Source: an uncultured Rhodospirillaceae bacterium (lineage in GTDB: Bacteria; Pseudomonadota; Alphaproteobacteria; Rhodospirillales; UBA2165). From it: a stretch of DNA of 64,000 nt. The DNA lies in assembly GCA_913020445.1 (NCBI GenBank), contig CAJWAR010000001.1:141242-205241 (forward strand), read 5' to 3'. The first letter of the stretch is position 1; the number at the start of each line of letters is the position of its first letter. Under the pieces are notes generated by a model that worked only from the letters and a program-made list of their open reading frames with translations, had not been told where the DNA came from and did no database searches. The position numbers and the translations under genes were made by a program. Shown here in pieces: positions 28,827-37,698 of the stretch.

Positions 28827-29240
28827 CTAATCAAATTTAATTTCATAGTCTTCGGGGATATCAAGCCACGCTCTGGCTTCGGAAATATCGCGAAAAGGTT
28901 TCCTGTCGATGTTATCAGGGGTCAACCGGGTGCTGACACTCAGCTGATGGGCCGTGGCGAAATCCTTTGCGGTGGCCGCCACATAGGCAATTTTGCATTT
29001 ACCAAGCTGCTTTTCCGAATCGCTGACCAATTGGGGGCGCGTTTGTTTGAAATATTCATAATTGAATTCTTCCGGCAGCGATGTCGACCGGATGTCCCGC
29101 AATATATTCATTCTGGTGACGTAATTTGGATCTCCGAGCATTTCCACCAATTGATCATGACCTTCCGCCAAGGTGTACTCATCAAAGTGCTGGACAAAGA
29201 CGCAGTTCAAAGCCGGCTCAATATAAAATCTAAATGCCAT
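28827..29240 (-). CDS. Hypothetical protein, STAS/SpoIIAA-like pattern
   Basis: A 137-aa ORF. Features recall STAS-like DUF proteins by eye only: alternating beta/alpha pattern, ...NILRDIRST..., KIAYVAATAKDFATAHQL, and C-terminal FRDISEARAWLDIP. Confidence 0.45.
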   Translation of the reverse strand: MAFRFYIEPALNCVFVQHFDEYTLAEGHDQLVEMLGDPNYVTRMNILRDIRSTSLPEEFNYEYFKQTRPQLVSDSEKQLGKCKIAYVAATAKDFATAHQLSVSTRLTPDNIDRKPFRDISEARAWLDIPEDYEIKFD

Positions 29241-29403
29241 CAGATAAATATCCCACGATCATTCCGATTTATAGTTTTCTTGAACCAATTCTACTCGTTC
29301 TAACCGGGATAAGGCATCTAATTCTTTGCCGCCAAAGATAATATGTGGCCGCCCCCCCCCATTTTAATAAATGAGGGGAGAAAGAACCGACCTACATCTA
29401 ACC

Positions 29404-30273
29404 TTATTTCTGCAGCCAGGCAGCCATGCCTTGAACGTTCAAGGGCCGGAAGGGCTTATAAGCGCCCCAGCCTTTATACTCATCCATGGTCACGGTTTTG
29501 ACCAATTCCTTGGTGGATTTGCCGGCTTTGAGGCCGGCCAATACGCGGGCGCGGAGTTTTTGCATATAAATCCGAGCATCGATCGCATCTTTCTTACTGC
29601 CGAGTTTGCCATGTCCAGGCAGCATGATTTTAAATTTCAGGCTTTCAACGACCTTGATTTGCTCGATCAGACCGTCGATATCAACGCCGCGGAAATTGCG
29701 GAACGGTAGACGGCCCGGCGATACCGCATCAACGACAAAAGCAACGTTTTCCGGCCGCACAACCATGGCAATTAAATCAGTGCCGTGACCAATGCCGAGA
29801 TATTTAAGCTCAAATGTTTTACCGCCAAGGCGGAAAATTAACTCATCTTTGAAAACCTGAGTTGGGTACCCGGTTCTCGCCTTACCGGACAAAACTTCGG
29901 CACGCAGTTTTTCATGGGCGACCACTTCAACATCTTTGCCCCATTCTTCACCGCCGGTATTGTGATCACCGTGACTATGGGAATAAATCGCGTGGCTAAC
30001 AGGTTTATTGAAGCGCTTTTTGATCTCTCCTCTGAGCCATTTCACCATACTGGTGTTAATCGGATCGGTGACGACAATGCTGTCTTTGGTTTCGACCAAC
30101 ATACCGAAATGAAAATTGTTCTGATAGCGGTAGACATCGCCGGTGACTTTGGTGATCGAACGTTTCGGCGGCCCGCTCGGACGCTGAGCTTGGGCCTCTG
30201 ATAAGGGCGTTATGACGGCAAAGCCAATGATGGCAAATAAGAATAAAAACAGTTGTGTGGATTGACGCAGCAT
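29404..30273 (-). CDS. Secreted MBL-fold metallo-hydrolase
   Basis: Signal peptide (LFLFLFAIIGFAVITPLSEAQA), the zinc motif HSHGDHNTGG (HxHxDH), and later GIGHGTD and LPGHGKLG histidines. 289 aa. Confidence 0.85.
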   Translation of the reverse strand: MLRQSTQLFLFLFAIIGFAVITPLSEAQAQRPSGPPKRSITKVTGDVYRYQNNFHFGMLVETKDSIVVTDPINTSMVKWLRGEIKKRFNKPVSHAIYSHSHGDHNTGGEEWGKDVEVVAHEKLRAEVLSGKARTGYPTQVFKDELIFRLGGKTFELKYLGIGHGTDLIAMVVRPENVAFVVDAVSPGRLPFRNFRGVDIDGLIEQIKVVESLKFKIMLPGHGKLGSKKDAIDARIYMQKLRARVLAGLKAGKSTKELVKTVTMDEYKGWGAYKPFRPLNVQGMAAWLQK

Positions 30274-30372
30274 TTTTTATCTCCCCGGAAAATTGAATAT
30301 TTGCCAAGAAAACAACGCCCGCTCTGGCGCGTCAAATCAACTAATCGTTGGTTGGGGGTGAGGAAGAATTTG

Positions 30373-30539
30373 AACCACAAAGGGCACGAAGCACACGAAG
30401 GAACTGTTCTCGCTTTTCTCTAATTCGTCACCCTGGACTTTATTTAGGGTCCAGAAAAGATACTGGATTCCGGCATGCGCCAGAATGACGTCGCAGTACT
30501 ATTTTTATCCACTTTGTGTTCTTCGTGAACTTTGTGGTT
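30373..30539. repeat. Nested MITE-like repeat: ~30-bp terminal inverted repeats enclosing a 65-bp palindromic element
   Basis: The outer arms are AACCACAAAGGGCACGAAGCACACGAAGGA (30373-30402) and the reverse complement of 30508-30539, AACCACAAAGTTCACGAAGAACACAAAGTGGA. The inner unit (30426-30490) has ends CGTCACCCTGG / CCAGAATGACG (9/11 complementary) and a CTGGAC/GTCCAG hairpin. Confidence 0.75.
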
Positions 30540-30546
30540 AAAAAAA

Positions 30547-30909
30547 CTACTCCGCCTCATCAAACCCCATCTCGGCCAGGATGCGGGAGATGGTTGCTTC
30601 GTCGAGTTCGTGAATATGCTTGGCCATAAGGTTGGCCAAGAGTGTCGCTTTGGGATCAAGGCCCGCGGTATCGACGGGCACCCGGGGGTGGGAGAGTTGC
30701 GCGAGGTCCTTGAGCTCATCGACCTCGTCCCAGATCAGCTCAAAATAATTCGCGATCTGCATGACAAAGCCGGGGCCAGGCCGGCCGCGATTGCCGTGCT
30801 CCAACGCCGAGAGATAGGCCGACGAGACATGGAGATCTTCGGCCATTTGCTTGAGTTGAATATTTTTCGCCGCCCTCAATTCCCGCACCCGTTTGCCGAA
30901 AGGCGTCAT
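30547..30909 (-). CDS. XRE-family helix-turn-helix transcriptional regulator
   Basis: HTH_3 pattern FGKRVRELRAAKNIQLKQMAEDLHVSSAYLSALEHG. ATGA-type overlap with the upstream Smr gene. Confidence 0.85.
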   Translation of the reverse strand: MTPFGKRVRELRAAKNIQLKQMAEDLHVSSAYLSALEHGNRGRPGPGFVMQIANYFELIWDEVDELKDLAQLSHPRVPVDTAGLDPKATLLANLMAKHIHELDEATISRILAEMGFDEAE

Positions 30910-31478
30910 GACCTATCTCCCGCCCGCTTCCTTTTCAGCAACACATACAGAGCACCAGTGCCGCCATCAGCCTGGGTCGCATGGTTGAACGAAAGTATGC
31001 GGCTGCGATTGGGTTCTTCATTGAGCCAACGCGGCACCATCTCCCGCAGCACGCCAATTTGGCGCTCATCTGAAGTGGCATCCAACTTCAATCCCTTGCC
31101 GGTAATGACCAGCACGCAGCGCTTGCCGGCTTTGGCAGCCCCAGCAATAAAACCATTGAGCGCCCGGTGGGCTTCGTCCTGGCGGTGGCCGTGGAGATCC
31201 AGCCGGGCTTCGATCTGCATTTGACCGCGCTTCAGCCGTTGGGCCGAGCGTTTATCAAGACCCGGCGTGTCGCCATGATTAAGCGTTGGCTGATCGGATT
31301 TTTTAGGTGGCGGCGCGGCGCGAAGATGCGCCTTCGGCGAGCGTTTGATGGCGGTCTTTTCTTTGGGCGGCTGGTTGTCGATGTCTTTTTTAATCTTGCG
31401 CCCAGGCAAAGGCTCGACGTCTTTCATCGCAATAGCCAAAAGATCGGCATCATCAATTTCTTTTTTCTTTTTCGCCAT
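30906..31478 (-). CDS. Smr (small MutS-related) domain protein
   Basis: C-terminal Smr domain LDLHGHRQDEAHRALNGFIAGAAKAGKRCVLVITGKG. Confidence 0.88.
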   Translation of the reverse strand: MAKKKKEIDDADLLAIAMKDVEPLPGRKIKKDIDNQPPKEKTAIKRSPKAHLRAAPPPKKSDQPTLNHGDTPGLDKRSAQRLKRGQMQIEARLDLHGHRQDEAHRALNGFIAGAAKAGKRCVLVITGKGLKLDATSDERQIGVLREMVPRWLNEEPNRSRILSFNHATQADGGTGALYVLLKRKRAGDRS

Positions 31479-31483
31479 GATGC

Positions 31484-32167
31484 CTACGCCTCATCGACGA
31501 TGATAATATGGAGACGGCGGGGGCCGTGAATGCCGAGCTGAATTTTCTGCTCGATATCGCCGGTGCGGGACGGCCCGGTAATCCAATTCACCACGCGCGG
31601 CAGATTTGATGGCGCCGTACCCAGCTCGTTTCGCAACCTGTTCCAGGTCGCCTCATAATCGCCGGTCACGCGGGAGCGCGGCAGTACAACGACATGGGTT
31701 TCGGGCAAAAAGTTGAGCGTCGTCGGATTTTCAGGCGCGGCATGAAGCACCAAAGTGCCGGTTTCGGCAATACCGGCAAAAGCGACAGCCAAGCCGACAG
31801 TGTCGGTTTCTTCGGCGATGCCGGTTTTTCTTGTGAGTGTCGGAAGCTGCGCCCAATCAACATGCCCAAGGATCGGATCATCACTGGATTTTACCTCGCT
31901 TGGCAGGTTCTGACTTGAAAGATACCCCGCCAGCGCCGCCGGCAGGTCGTCCAAAGTTTCAACCCGGTCGGTGGTCGCCGAAACTTCCTCGGCCCAGTCC
32001 CGGAACATCTGCACTTGATCCTCAGGTGCGACCCGCGCGCGGGCTGGAATAAGGTTCTTGGGCGGTGTTTGAATACGCGCTGCCGCAGTGGCAGCTCGTG
32101 CCGTTTTATCACCGGCATTATCAAGCGCTGAGCCGATCTTATTTAAGATACTTTCGCGCGCGCTCAT
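31484..32167 (-). CDS. lutC: Lactate utilization protein C (LutC/YkgG, LUD domain)
   Basis: LUD-domain protein directly downstream of lutB. The start MSARESILNKI at 32167 abuts the lutB stop (the track start 32185 would overlap it). Confidence 0.85.
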   Translation of the reverse strand: MSARESILNKIGSALDNAGDKTARAATAAARIQTPPKNLIPARARVAPEDQVQMFRDWAEEVSATTDRVETLDDLPAALAGYLSSQNLPSEVKSSDDPILGHVDWAQLPTLTRKTGIAEETDTVGLAVAFAGIAETGTLVLHAAPENPTTLNFLPETHVVVLPRSRVTGDYEATWNRLRNELGTAPSNLPRVVNWITGPSRTGDIEQKIQLGIHGPRRLHIIIVDEA

Positions 32168-33582
32168 TTTTTTTGTTCCTTCCACATCTGTTGGAAGGTT
32201 TTACCTTGCGGTGCCGGAAAGTTGCGGCTGTTGGTCCAGCCTTTGAGGCTCGGGATTGATTTGAGATGACCTTGCTTTTTGGCCCACGACGCCAGCATTC
32301 GCATTTTGGGTCCGGCAAAGAAATGATAGAGTGCCGGGCGTTTGGCAAACACCGCCCACCACTTGAGCGCCCATTTGGTCTGCCAATCACCGAGATCGCG
32401 AGCATAGACCTGATCCCGCCAGCGTCGCAGCAATGACGGCAGGGGAATACGCACAGGGCACACTTCTTCGCATTTGCCGCAAAGGGTTGAGGCCTGCGGC
32501 AGGTCGGCTGCCTCATCCAGCCCCATGAGACCCGGCGTCAGCACCGCGCCCATCGGGCCCGGATAGACCCAGCCATAGGCATGGCCGCCGATCGAATTAT
32601 AAACCGGACAATGATTGAGACAGGCGCCGCAACGAATGCAGCGCAGCATTTCCGAAAAATTTCCGGCCAGCAGATCGGTGCGGCCGTTATCCAAAATAAC
32701 GACATGATATTCCGCCGGTCCATCCAAATCAGCGGCGCGGCGGGGGCCGGTCGAGAAAGTGGTGTAAGATGACATTTCCTGACCGGTGGCGCTTCTCGCC
32801 AGCACCCGCAAAAGAGTCGTCGTATCTTCCAAAGTCGGCACGACTTTTTCGATGCTGGCGAGCGCAATATGAACCTTAGGCAGAGTTTGCGTAAGATCGC
32901 CATTGCCTTCATTGGTGACAATGACGCTGGTGCCGGTTTCGGCGATCAAAAAATTCGCACCTGTTATGCCGACATCCGCATTGATGAATTTATCTCTGAG
33001 CATGGCGCGCGCTTCGGCCAGCAATTCATCAGGCTCTTCCAAGGAACGGCCCTCGGGGAGATCTGTGTGAGTTTCCCGGAAGGCATCGGCAACCTGATCT
33101 TTTGAGACATGACAGGCTGGCGCGATAATGTGGCTCGGCGCCTCACCCCGCAATTGAATGATATATTCGCCAAGATCAGTTTCGATTGGCTCCACGCCAT
33201 TTTCTTCGAGATGTTCGTTGATGGCGATTTCCTCGCCGATCATCGATTTGCCTTTGGTAACTGTTTTGGCATCGGCACTTTGGCAAATGCTTAAGATAAT
33301 TTCGCGGGCTTCGGTGTCATCCTGCGCCCAATGAACATGTCCGCCGCTGGCTTCCACATTTTGCTGATAGATTTCGAGATAGGCGTCGAGATGGGCGATC
33401 GTGTGGGTTTTGATATCGCGGGCGCGGTCGCGCAATGCTTCAAATTCCTCCAGTCGTTCGCTGGCTATTTTGCGATTGAGCACGAAGCCGATTTTGATAT
33501 TGCCGAGCGCTTTTTGCAGCTGTTCGTCGACCAGCGCTTTTTTGACGTTGCTTTTGAATTGAATGCTGGTTGCTTCAACCAT
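32164..33582 (-). CDS. lutB: Lactate utilization iron-sulfur protein LutB/YkgF
   Basis: Two ferredoxin-type motifs (CIRCGACLNHCPVY, CGKCEEVCPVRI) plus a LUD domain. The start at 33582 (MVEATSIQFK) gives an 8-nt overlap with lutA. 33603 is an alternative. The track start 33681 overlaps lutA by >100 nt. Confidence 0.9.
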   Translation of the reverse strand: MVEATSIQFKSNVKKALVDEQLQKALGNIKIGFVLNRKIASERLEEFEALRDRARDIKTHTIAHLDAYLEIYQQNVEASGGHVHWAQDDTEAREIILSICQSADAKTVTKGKSMIGEEIAINEHLEENGVEPIETDLGEYIIQLRGEAPSHIIAPACHVSKDQVADAFRETHTDLPEGRSLEEPDELLAEARAMLRDKFINADVGITGANFLIAETGTSVIVTNEGNGDLTQTLPKVHIALASIEKVVPTLEDTTTLLRVLARSATGQEMSSYTTFSTGPRRAADLDGPAEYHVVILDNGRTDLLAGNFSEMLRCIRCGACLNHCPVYNSIGGHAYGWVYPGPMGAVLTPGLMGLDEAADLPQASTLCGKCEEVCPVRIPLPSLLRRWRDQVYARDLGDWQTKWALKWWAVFAKRPALYHFFAGPKMRMLASWAKKQGHLKSIPSLKGWTNSRNFPAPQGKTFQQMWKEQKK

Positions 33583-34381
33583 CGGGTTCACCGATTGAGG
33601 CATTGTCGGCCATCCCGGCCAGTACCTCGGCGATATGCCTAACTTTAAGTGTGGCTTTAAGATTGGTTGCTTTGCCTTCATCCTTAAGGCGGCTGAGCTT
33701 GCCTTGAATATTCATCAAACAACCAAGATCACCGCCCAGCACCAGTTCTGCATCGGTATCGGCGAGCGCTTCAACGCTTTTCTGCACCATATGGTCCGAA
33801 ATATCGGAATATTTGACGCAGAACGTGCCGCCGAAGCCGCAACAGGTTTCTGCACCTTCATATTCCTCGAGTTCCGCGCCCTCGACTTGTGCCAGGAGCT
33901 GACGCGGCTGAGTTTTGACGCCCAATTCCCGAAGGCCGGCGCAGGAATCATGATAGGTAATTTTCTGATCAAGCTTGGCATCTAAATCTTGCATGTTCAT
34001 GACATCGATCAAAAAGGACGTTAACTCATGGGTTTTCTGTGCCAGGTTATAAACCCGGGGCGTCATGTCGAGATCATCGGCAAACAGTTTGGGATAATGT
34101 TCTTTGATCATGCCGGCACACGACCCGGACGGTGCCACCACATAGTCAAATTCTTCGAAGGCGTCGACGACCAGCCGGGCGATATCCTTGGCATTTTTGG
34201 TGTCGCCGGAATTATAGGCCGGCTGGCCACAACAGGTTTGGCTTTCCGGCACGCTGATATGACAACCGGCATGTTCCAGGAGCTTTATGGCGGCAAAGCC
34301 GATACTGGGCCGCATCAAATCAACGAGACAGGTGACGAAAAGGCCGACTTTTGGGCCGGAATTTAGCGATGAATTGGGCAT
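33575..34381 (-). CDS. lutA: Lactate utilization (Fe-S) oxidoreductase LutA/YkgE
   Basis: Two cysteine-rich CCG domains (CCGQPAYNSG, CCGFGGTF), 268 aa. Confidence 0.9.
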   Translation of the reverse strand: MPNSSLNSGPKVGLFVTCLVDLMRPSIGFAAIKLLEHAGCHISVPESQTCCGQPAYNSGDTKNAKDIARLVVDAFEEFDYVVAPSGSCAGMIKEHYPKLFADDLDMTPRVYNLAQKTHELTSFLIDVMNMQDLDAKLDQKITYHDSCAGLRELGVKTQPRQLLAQVEGAELEEYEGAETCCGFGGTFCVKYSDISDHMVQKSVEALADTDAELVLGGDLGCLMNIQGKLSRLKDEGKATNLKATLKVRHIAEVLAGMADNASIGEPDG

Positions 34382-34420
34382 AAGACCAAAATGCCGATTA
34401 ACTGAATTAAAGTAAAGTGA

Positions 34421-35623
34421 TTAGCTTAAATATGGCCTTTTTACCGAACGCGGCAACAAAATATAAAGCTGACCCTGTTGTTTCATGCGCCCAGCGGCTT
34501 CCCGGGCTTGATCGCCGGCCCCCCAGAAAAAATCACCCCGCACCGGGCCGGTAATCGCGCCGCCGGTATCCTGGGCAATCATCAGCCGACGGATTGGGCG
34601 GTTGGTCAGCGGATCACTGGTGCTCAACCATATCGGTGCGCCAAGAGGCAGATATTTACGGTCAACCGCCAAGCTGCGGCCGGATGTTAGCGCAACACCT
34701 TGGGCACCGATCGGGCCATCTTGTCCTTTGAGTTCCCGAAAGAAAACATAGGATTTATTTTTATTCATCAACGCTGCGGCGCGGCCCGGGTTCCGCTCCA
34801 GCCACGCTCGGATGGTCTGCAGGGAAATATTTTCCTTTGAGATTGCGCCGGACTTCACCAAATCCCGGCCAATGGCAAAATAGGGCTGGCCATTGCGCCC
34901 GGCATAGCCAACCCGCACCACTTCGCCGCTATCCAGCACCACCCGGCCCGAGCCCTGAATGTGGAGAAAAAAAGCATCAATGGCATTATCAACCCAAAGC
35001 AATTCCAAACCTTTGCCTTTGAGCGCGCCGCGGCTGATGCTGGCGCGGTTGGCGTAGGGCACGAGGCGGCCGTTTTTAATCCGTCCGGCTACTTCACGGC
35101 CTTTCCAGTCTTTCCGAAATTGGCCCAGATTAGCGGATACCAAATCAGGCGGGCGGCGATAAAGGGCGACGTGATATTTCTGTGTTCGCCGCCTGGAACC
35201 TCTGAGTTCGGGTTCATAATAACCGGTAATCAGACCGTCGTTGCGGCCATTGTCGGTTAGGTGGTAAGCGTAAAACCAGCTTTCAAAAAACCGTCTCGCG
35301 TTATCAGGGGAAATACCACCATTAAACTCGTGGGCAGCCCGGCAAATTTGCTGCCAATTACCAATTGTTCCAGCGAAGCCGTCTTTGCCGAGTTGCTGAT
35401 TAATCGGTTGTTTAAGAATTTTTGTGCAGGAGCGCAGAAAGGCGCCAAAGCTCTCAGCATGATTATCCCGCCGCCAATCCGGCATTTGGGCATATTGCAC
35501 CGGGATTAAACCCAGCGACGGTATGGCCGATTTGGCTGGTTTCCGTGGCGGGTCAAACTGAGCACAGCCAGCAAGCACAAAAAAGACAAAAAGAACGAGA
35601 TATCTACTGCGCGGGAACGACAT
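34421..35623 (-). CDS. mltA: Membrane-bound lytic murein transglycosylase A
   Basis: MltA-specific domain (GYYEPELRGS, FFLHIQGSGRV) and a C-terminal 3D domain (DTGGAITGPVRGDFFWG). Lipobox LAGC. Confidence 0.9.
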   Translation of the reverse strand: MSFPRSRYLVLFVFFVLAGCAQFDPPRKPAKSAIPSLGLIPVQYAQMPDWRRDNHAESFGAFLRSCTKILKQPINQQLGKDGFAGTIGNWQQICRAAHEFNGGISPDNARRFFESWFYAYHLTDNGRNDGLITGYYEPELRGSRRRTQKYHVALYRRPPDLVSANLGQFRKDWKGREVAGRIKNGRLVPYANRASISRGALKGKGLELLWVDNAIDAFFLHIQGSGRVVLDSGEVVRVGYAGRNGQPYFAIGRDLVKSGAISKENISLQTIRAWLERNPGRAAALMNKNKSYVFFRELKGQDGPIGAQGVALTSGRSLAVDRKYLPLGAPIWLSTSDPLTNRPIRRLMIAQDTGGAITGPVRGDFFWGAGDQAREAAGRMKQQGQLYILLPRSVKRPYLS

Positions 35624-35630
35624 TCAGCCG

Positions 35631-36329
35631 TTAGTCAAGGCTACGGGTGGCAACCAACAGCCAGTTCGGATCACGTGACTTGGAATCGCGGGCGAAGGTC
35701 CAAATATCGGTTACTTCGGAAATATTATCGGCATCGCCATCGACGACTTCGCCCTCGACATCACGGGTGACGTTGACTTGCTCGGAAATGATTTTCACTG
35801 TGACATTGGCGCTGCTGTCTTCCATGTAGGCTTCCAGCATTTCGGCATTAACAATTCGCACCAAGGTATTCTCGAGCGTTTGATTTTCCGCTTCACGGGC
35901 ACGAATGGCCTGCAGAAAATTGTTGTAGACTTCGTCGCTGAGCAAGGAATTCAGCAAATCCGTATCACCTTCGGCAAAAGCCTGAATAATCATTTCAAAT
36001 GCGGTGCGCGCACCCACGAGAAATTCGGTGCGATCAAAATCAGCTGAGGCGTTTTTTATCTGCGCCAGACCGGCATCAAGTGGCGTTTCCGGTTTTTGTT
36101 CCATTTCCGGTTCGTCTTCAACGGAATCGGTCGGTCCATGATCCGGTAGTGCAATGACATTGTCACCGTTTTCGTTGCCCTGATCCGGTGCGAAGGGATC
36201 GTGCTGATTGCGTTGCTGCGGATCACCCGAATCTTTATGACGCCCGAGCACTGAACGCAGGCGTAATATCAAAAACGCCGCGATCATCGCGAACAAAATA
36301 ATGTCTATAAATTGAAAACCTTCGCCCAT
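35631..36329 (-). CDS. Tim44-like domain protein
   Basis: N-terminal TM helix (IILFAMIAAFLILRL) and a C-terminal Tim44/NTF2-like domain (FLVGARTAFEMIIQAF...WTFARD...DPNWLLVAT). Conserved neighbour of mltA and secB in Alphaproteobacteria. Confidence 0.85.
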   Translation of the reverse strand: MGEGFQFIDIILFAMIAAFLILRLRSVLGRHKDSGDPQQRNQHDPFAPDQGNENGDNVIALPDHGPTDSVEDEPEMEQKPETPLDAGLAQIKNASADFDRTEFLVGARTAFEMIIQAFAEGDTDLLNSLLSDEVYNNFLQAIRAREAENQTLENTLVRIVNAEMLEAYMEDSSANVTVKIISEQVNVTRDVEGEVVDGDADNISEVTDIWTFARDSKSRDPNWLLVATRSLD

Positions 36330-36583
36330 AATCTTTTCTCACCAGAAATTCTGGAGCTGACCGGAAATATCTACACTATTAATCCCAAGGGAAAAAATGA
36401 GTAATAATCTGACTCTTAGTTTAAACCCAGGGCTTGCATTGGTCCAGTCACAGCTTAGTTAAATACTAATGCAACGACTTTACATTAATCTCTAATAGTC
36501 TAGATAGGCTGTTTAACAGCAAATCACAAGTTACCAATGATTATTTTGATCGAGAATTTATAAGTTAAGCTAAAGAAAATTTT

Positions 36584-37102
36584 ATGGGTTATATTATTTT
36601 TTTCCTCTTTGTCGGTATTCCGATCATCGAAATTGCCGTTTTTATCGCGGTTGGTGATCATATCGGCTTGTGGCCGACATTGGCGGCGATATTTATAACT
36701 GCTGCCATCGGTACCTGGTTGCTCCGCACCCAAGGTCTGGCAACGCTGTTTCGCGCCCAGGAACATTTGAACCAAGGGCGTTTTCCAATGGCCGAAGTGT
36801 TTGATGGCCTGTGTCTTTTGGTTGCTGGCGCTTTCCTGCTAACGCCTGGATTTGTCACCGATGGCGTCGGTTTTCTCTTATTCTTTCCGCCCTTTCGCGC
36901 ACTGATTAAACGCACTGTCGGCGCAGTCTTGGTTGCACGAGGCGGTATACATGTTTATACGAGCGGCAATGGCACAGAATATCAGGCTGGTGATCCTATT
37001 GGCCCCAAAACGGGTGGTCAGGAAAATAGTTCAATAATTGATGGTGAATTTGAAGAAATTCATGCCGAAAAAGATGATGAAGATACCAAACGTATAGAAT
37101 AA
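36584..37102 (+). CDS. fxsA: FxsA family membrane protein
   Basis: FxsA signature LLTPGFVTDGVGFLLFFPPFR and three TM segments. Confidence 0.85.
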   Translation: MGYIIFFLFVGIPIIEIAVFIAVGDHIGLWPTLAAIFITAAIGTWLLRTQGLATLFRAQEHLNQGRFPMAEVFDGLCLLVAGAFLLTPGFVTDGVGFLLFFPPFRALIKRTVGAVLVARGGIHVYTSGNGTEYQAGDPIGPKTGGQENSSIIDGEFEEIHAEKDDEDTKRIE

Positions 37103-37115
37103 AGGAATTTGTTAA

Positions 37116-37685
37116 ATGGCAGATGAAGATAACGAAAACCCGGTCCCGGAAGAACGCTTTACACCGGAACCAGAGGAAAACAAAGGCGACGGTGGCGGTA
37201 ATGGTGCAGATGGGGGTGCTACGGAACAACCTGCTTTAGTCATAAACGGGCAATATATTAAAGATTATTCATTCGAAGCGCCAAATACGCCGGAAGTGTT
37301 TAATTTGCTGCAAACCGAAATGCCGAGTATTCAAGTTGATATCGACGTGCAAGGTGAGGGCAAAGGCGACAATTTGTTTGAAGTCGTGCTCAAAGTACGC
37401 TCCGAAGCCAAAGTTAAAGAGGAGCTCGCCTATATTTGCGAACTGTCTTACGCTGGTCTTTTCAGCATCAATGTTCCGCCGGAGCATTTGGGCCCCGTAT
37501 TACTGATTGAATGTCCGCTGATTCTGTTCCCGTTTCTGCGCCGGATTATGGCCGATACGACCGGCGATGGCGGTTTTGCACCGTTAATGCTATCGCCAAT
37601 TGATTTTGCCTCACTTTATCAACAGCGGGTTGCCCAGGCGCAAGCTCAGGCAGAAGCAGAAGGCCAAGCTGACGCCGACGCATAG
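37116..37685 (+). CDS. secB: Protein-export chaperone SecB (with an N-terminal acidic/Gly-rich extension)
   Basis: The SecB core LVINGQYIKDYSFEAPNTP...LLIECPLILFPFLRRIMADTT is preceded by ~40 aa of D/E/G-rich sequence. Confidence 0.9.
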   Translation: MADEDNENPVPEERFTPEPEENKGDGGGNGADGGATEQPALVINGQYIKDYSFEAPNTPEVFNLLQTEMPSIQVDIDVQGEGKGDNLFEVVLKVRSEAKVKEELAYICELSYAGLFSINVPPEHLGPVLLIECPLILFPFLRRIMADTTGDGGFAPLMLSPIDFASLYQQRVAQAQAQAEAEGQADADA

Positions 37686-37698
37686 CTTGTCCCTTAAT

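Noticed and set aside
28471-29303. Track ORFs 28471..28830(+) and 28725..29303(+), with peptides such as PPPSRGRK and PPPLMGEGWVGV.
   Set aside because: They are read-through translations of the G/C-tract palindromic repeats and of the antisense strand of the 137-aa gene. They are not genes.
30347-30375. TGGTTGGGGGTGAGGAAGAATTTGAACC looked like the reverse complement of a tRNA 3' end, which could have marked an att site for the islet.
   Set aside because: The putative T-stem halves are not complementary (GAAGA vs CCACA). The TTTGAACC belongs to the AACCACAAAG inverted-repeat arm.
30444-30719. Track ORF 30444..30719(-) (…HKVHEEHKV…PESSIFSGP).
   Set aside because: It is the translation of the nested MITE-like repeat plus the antisense strand of the XRE gene. 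It is a known type of repeat-derived pseudo-ORF.
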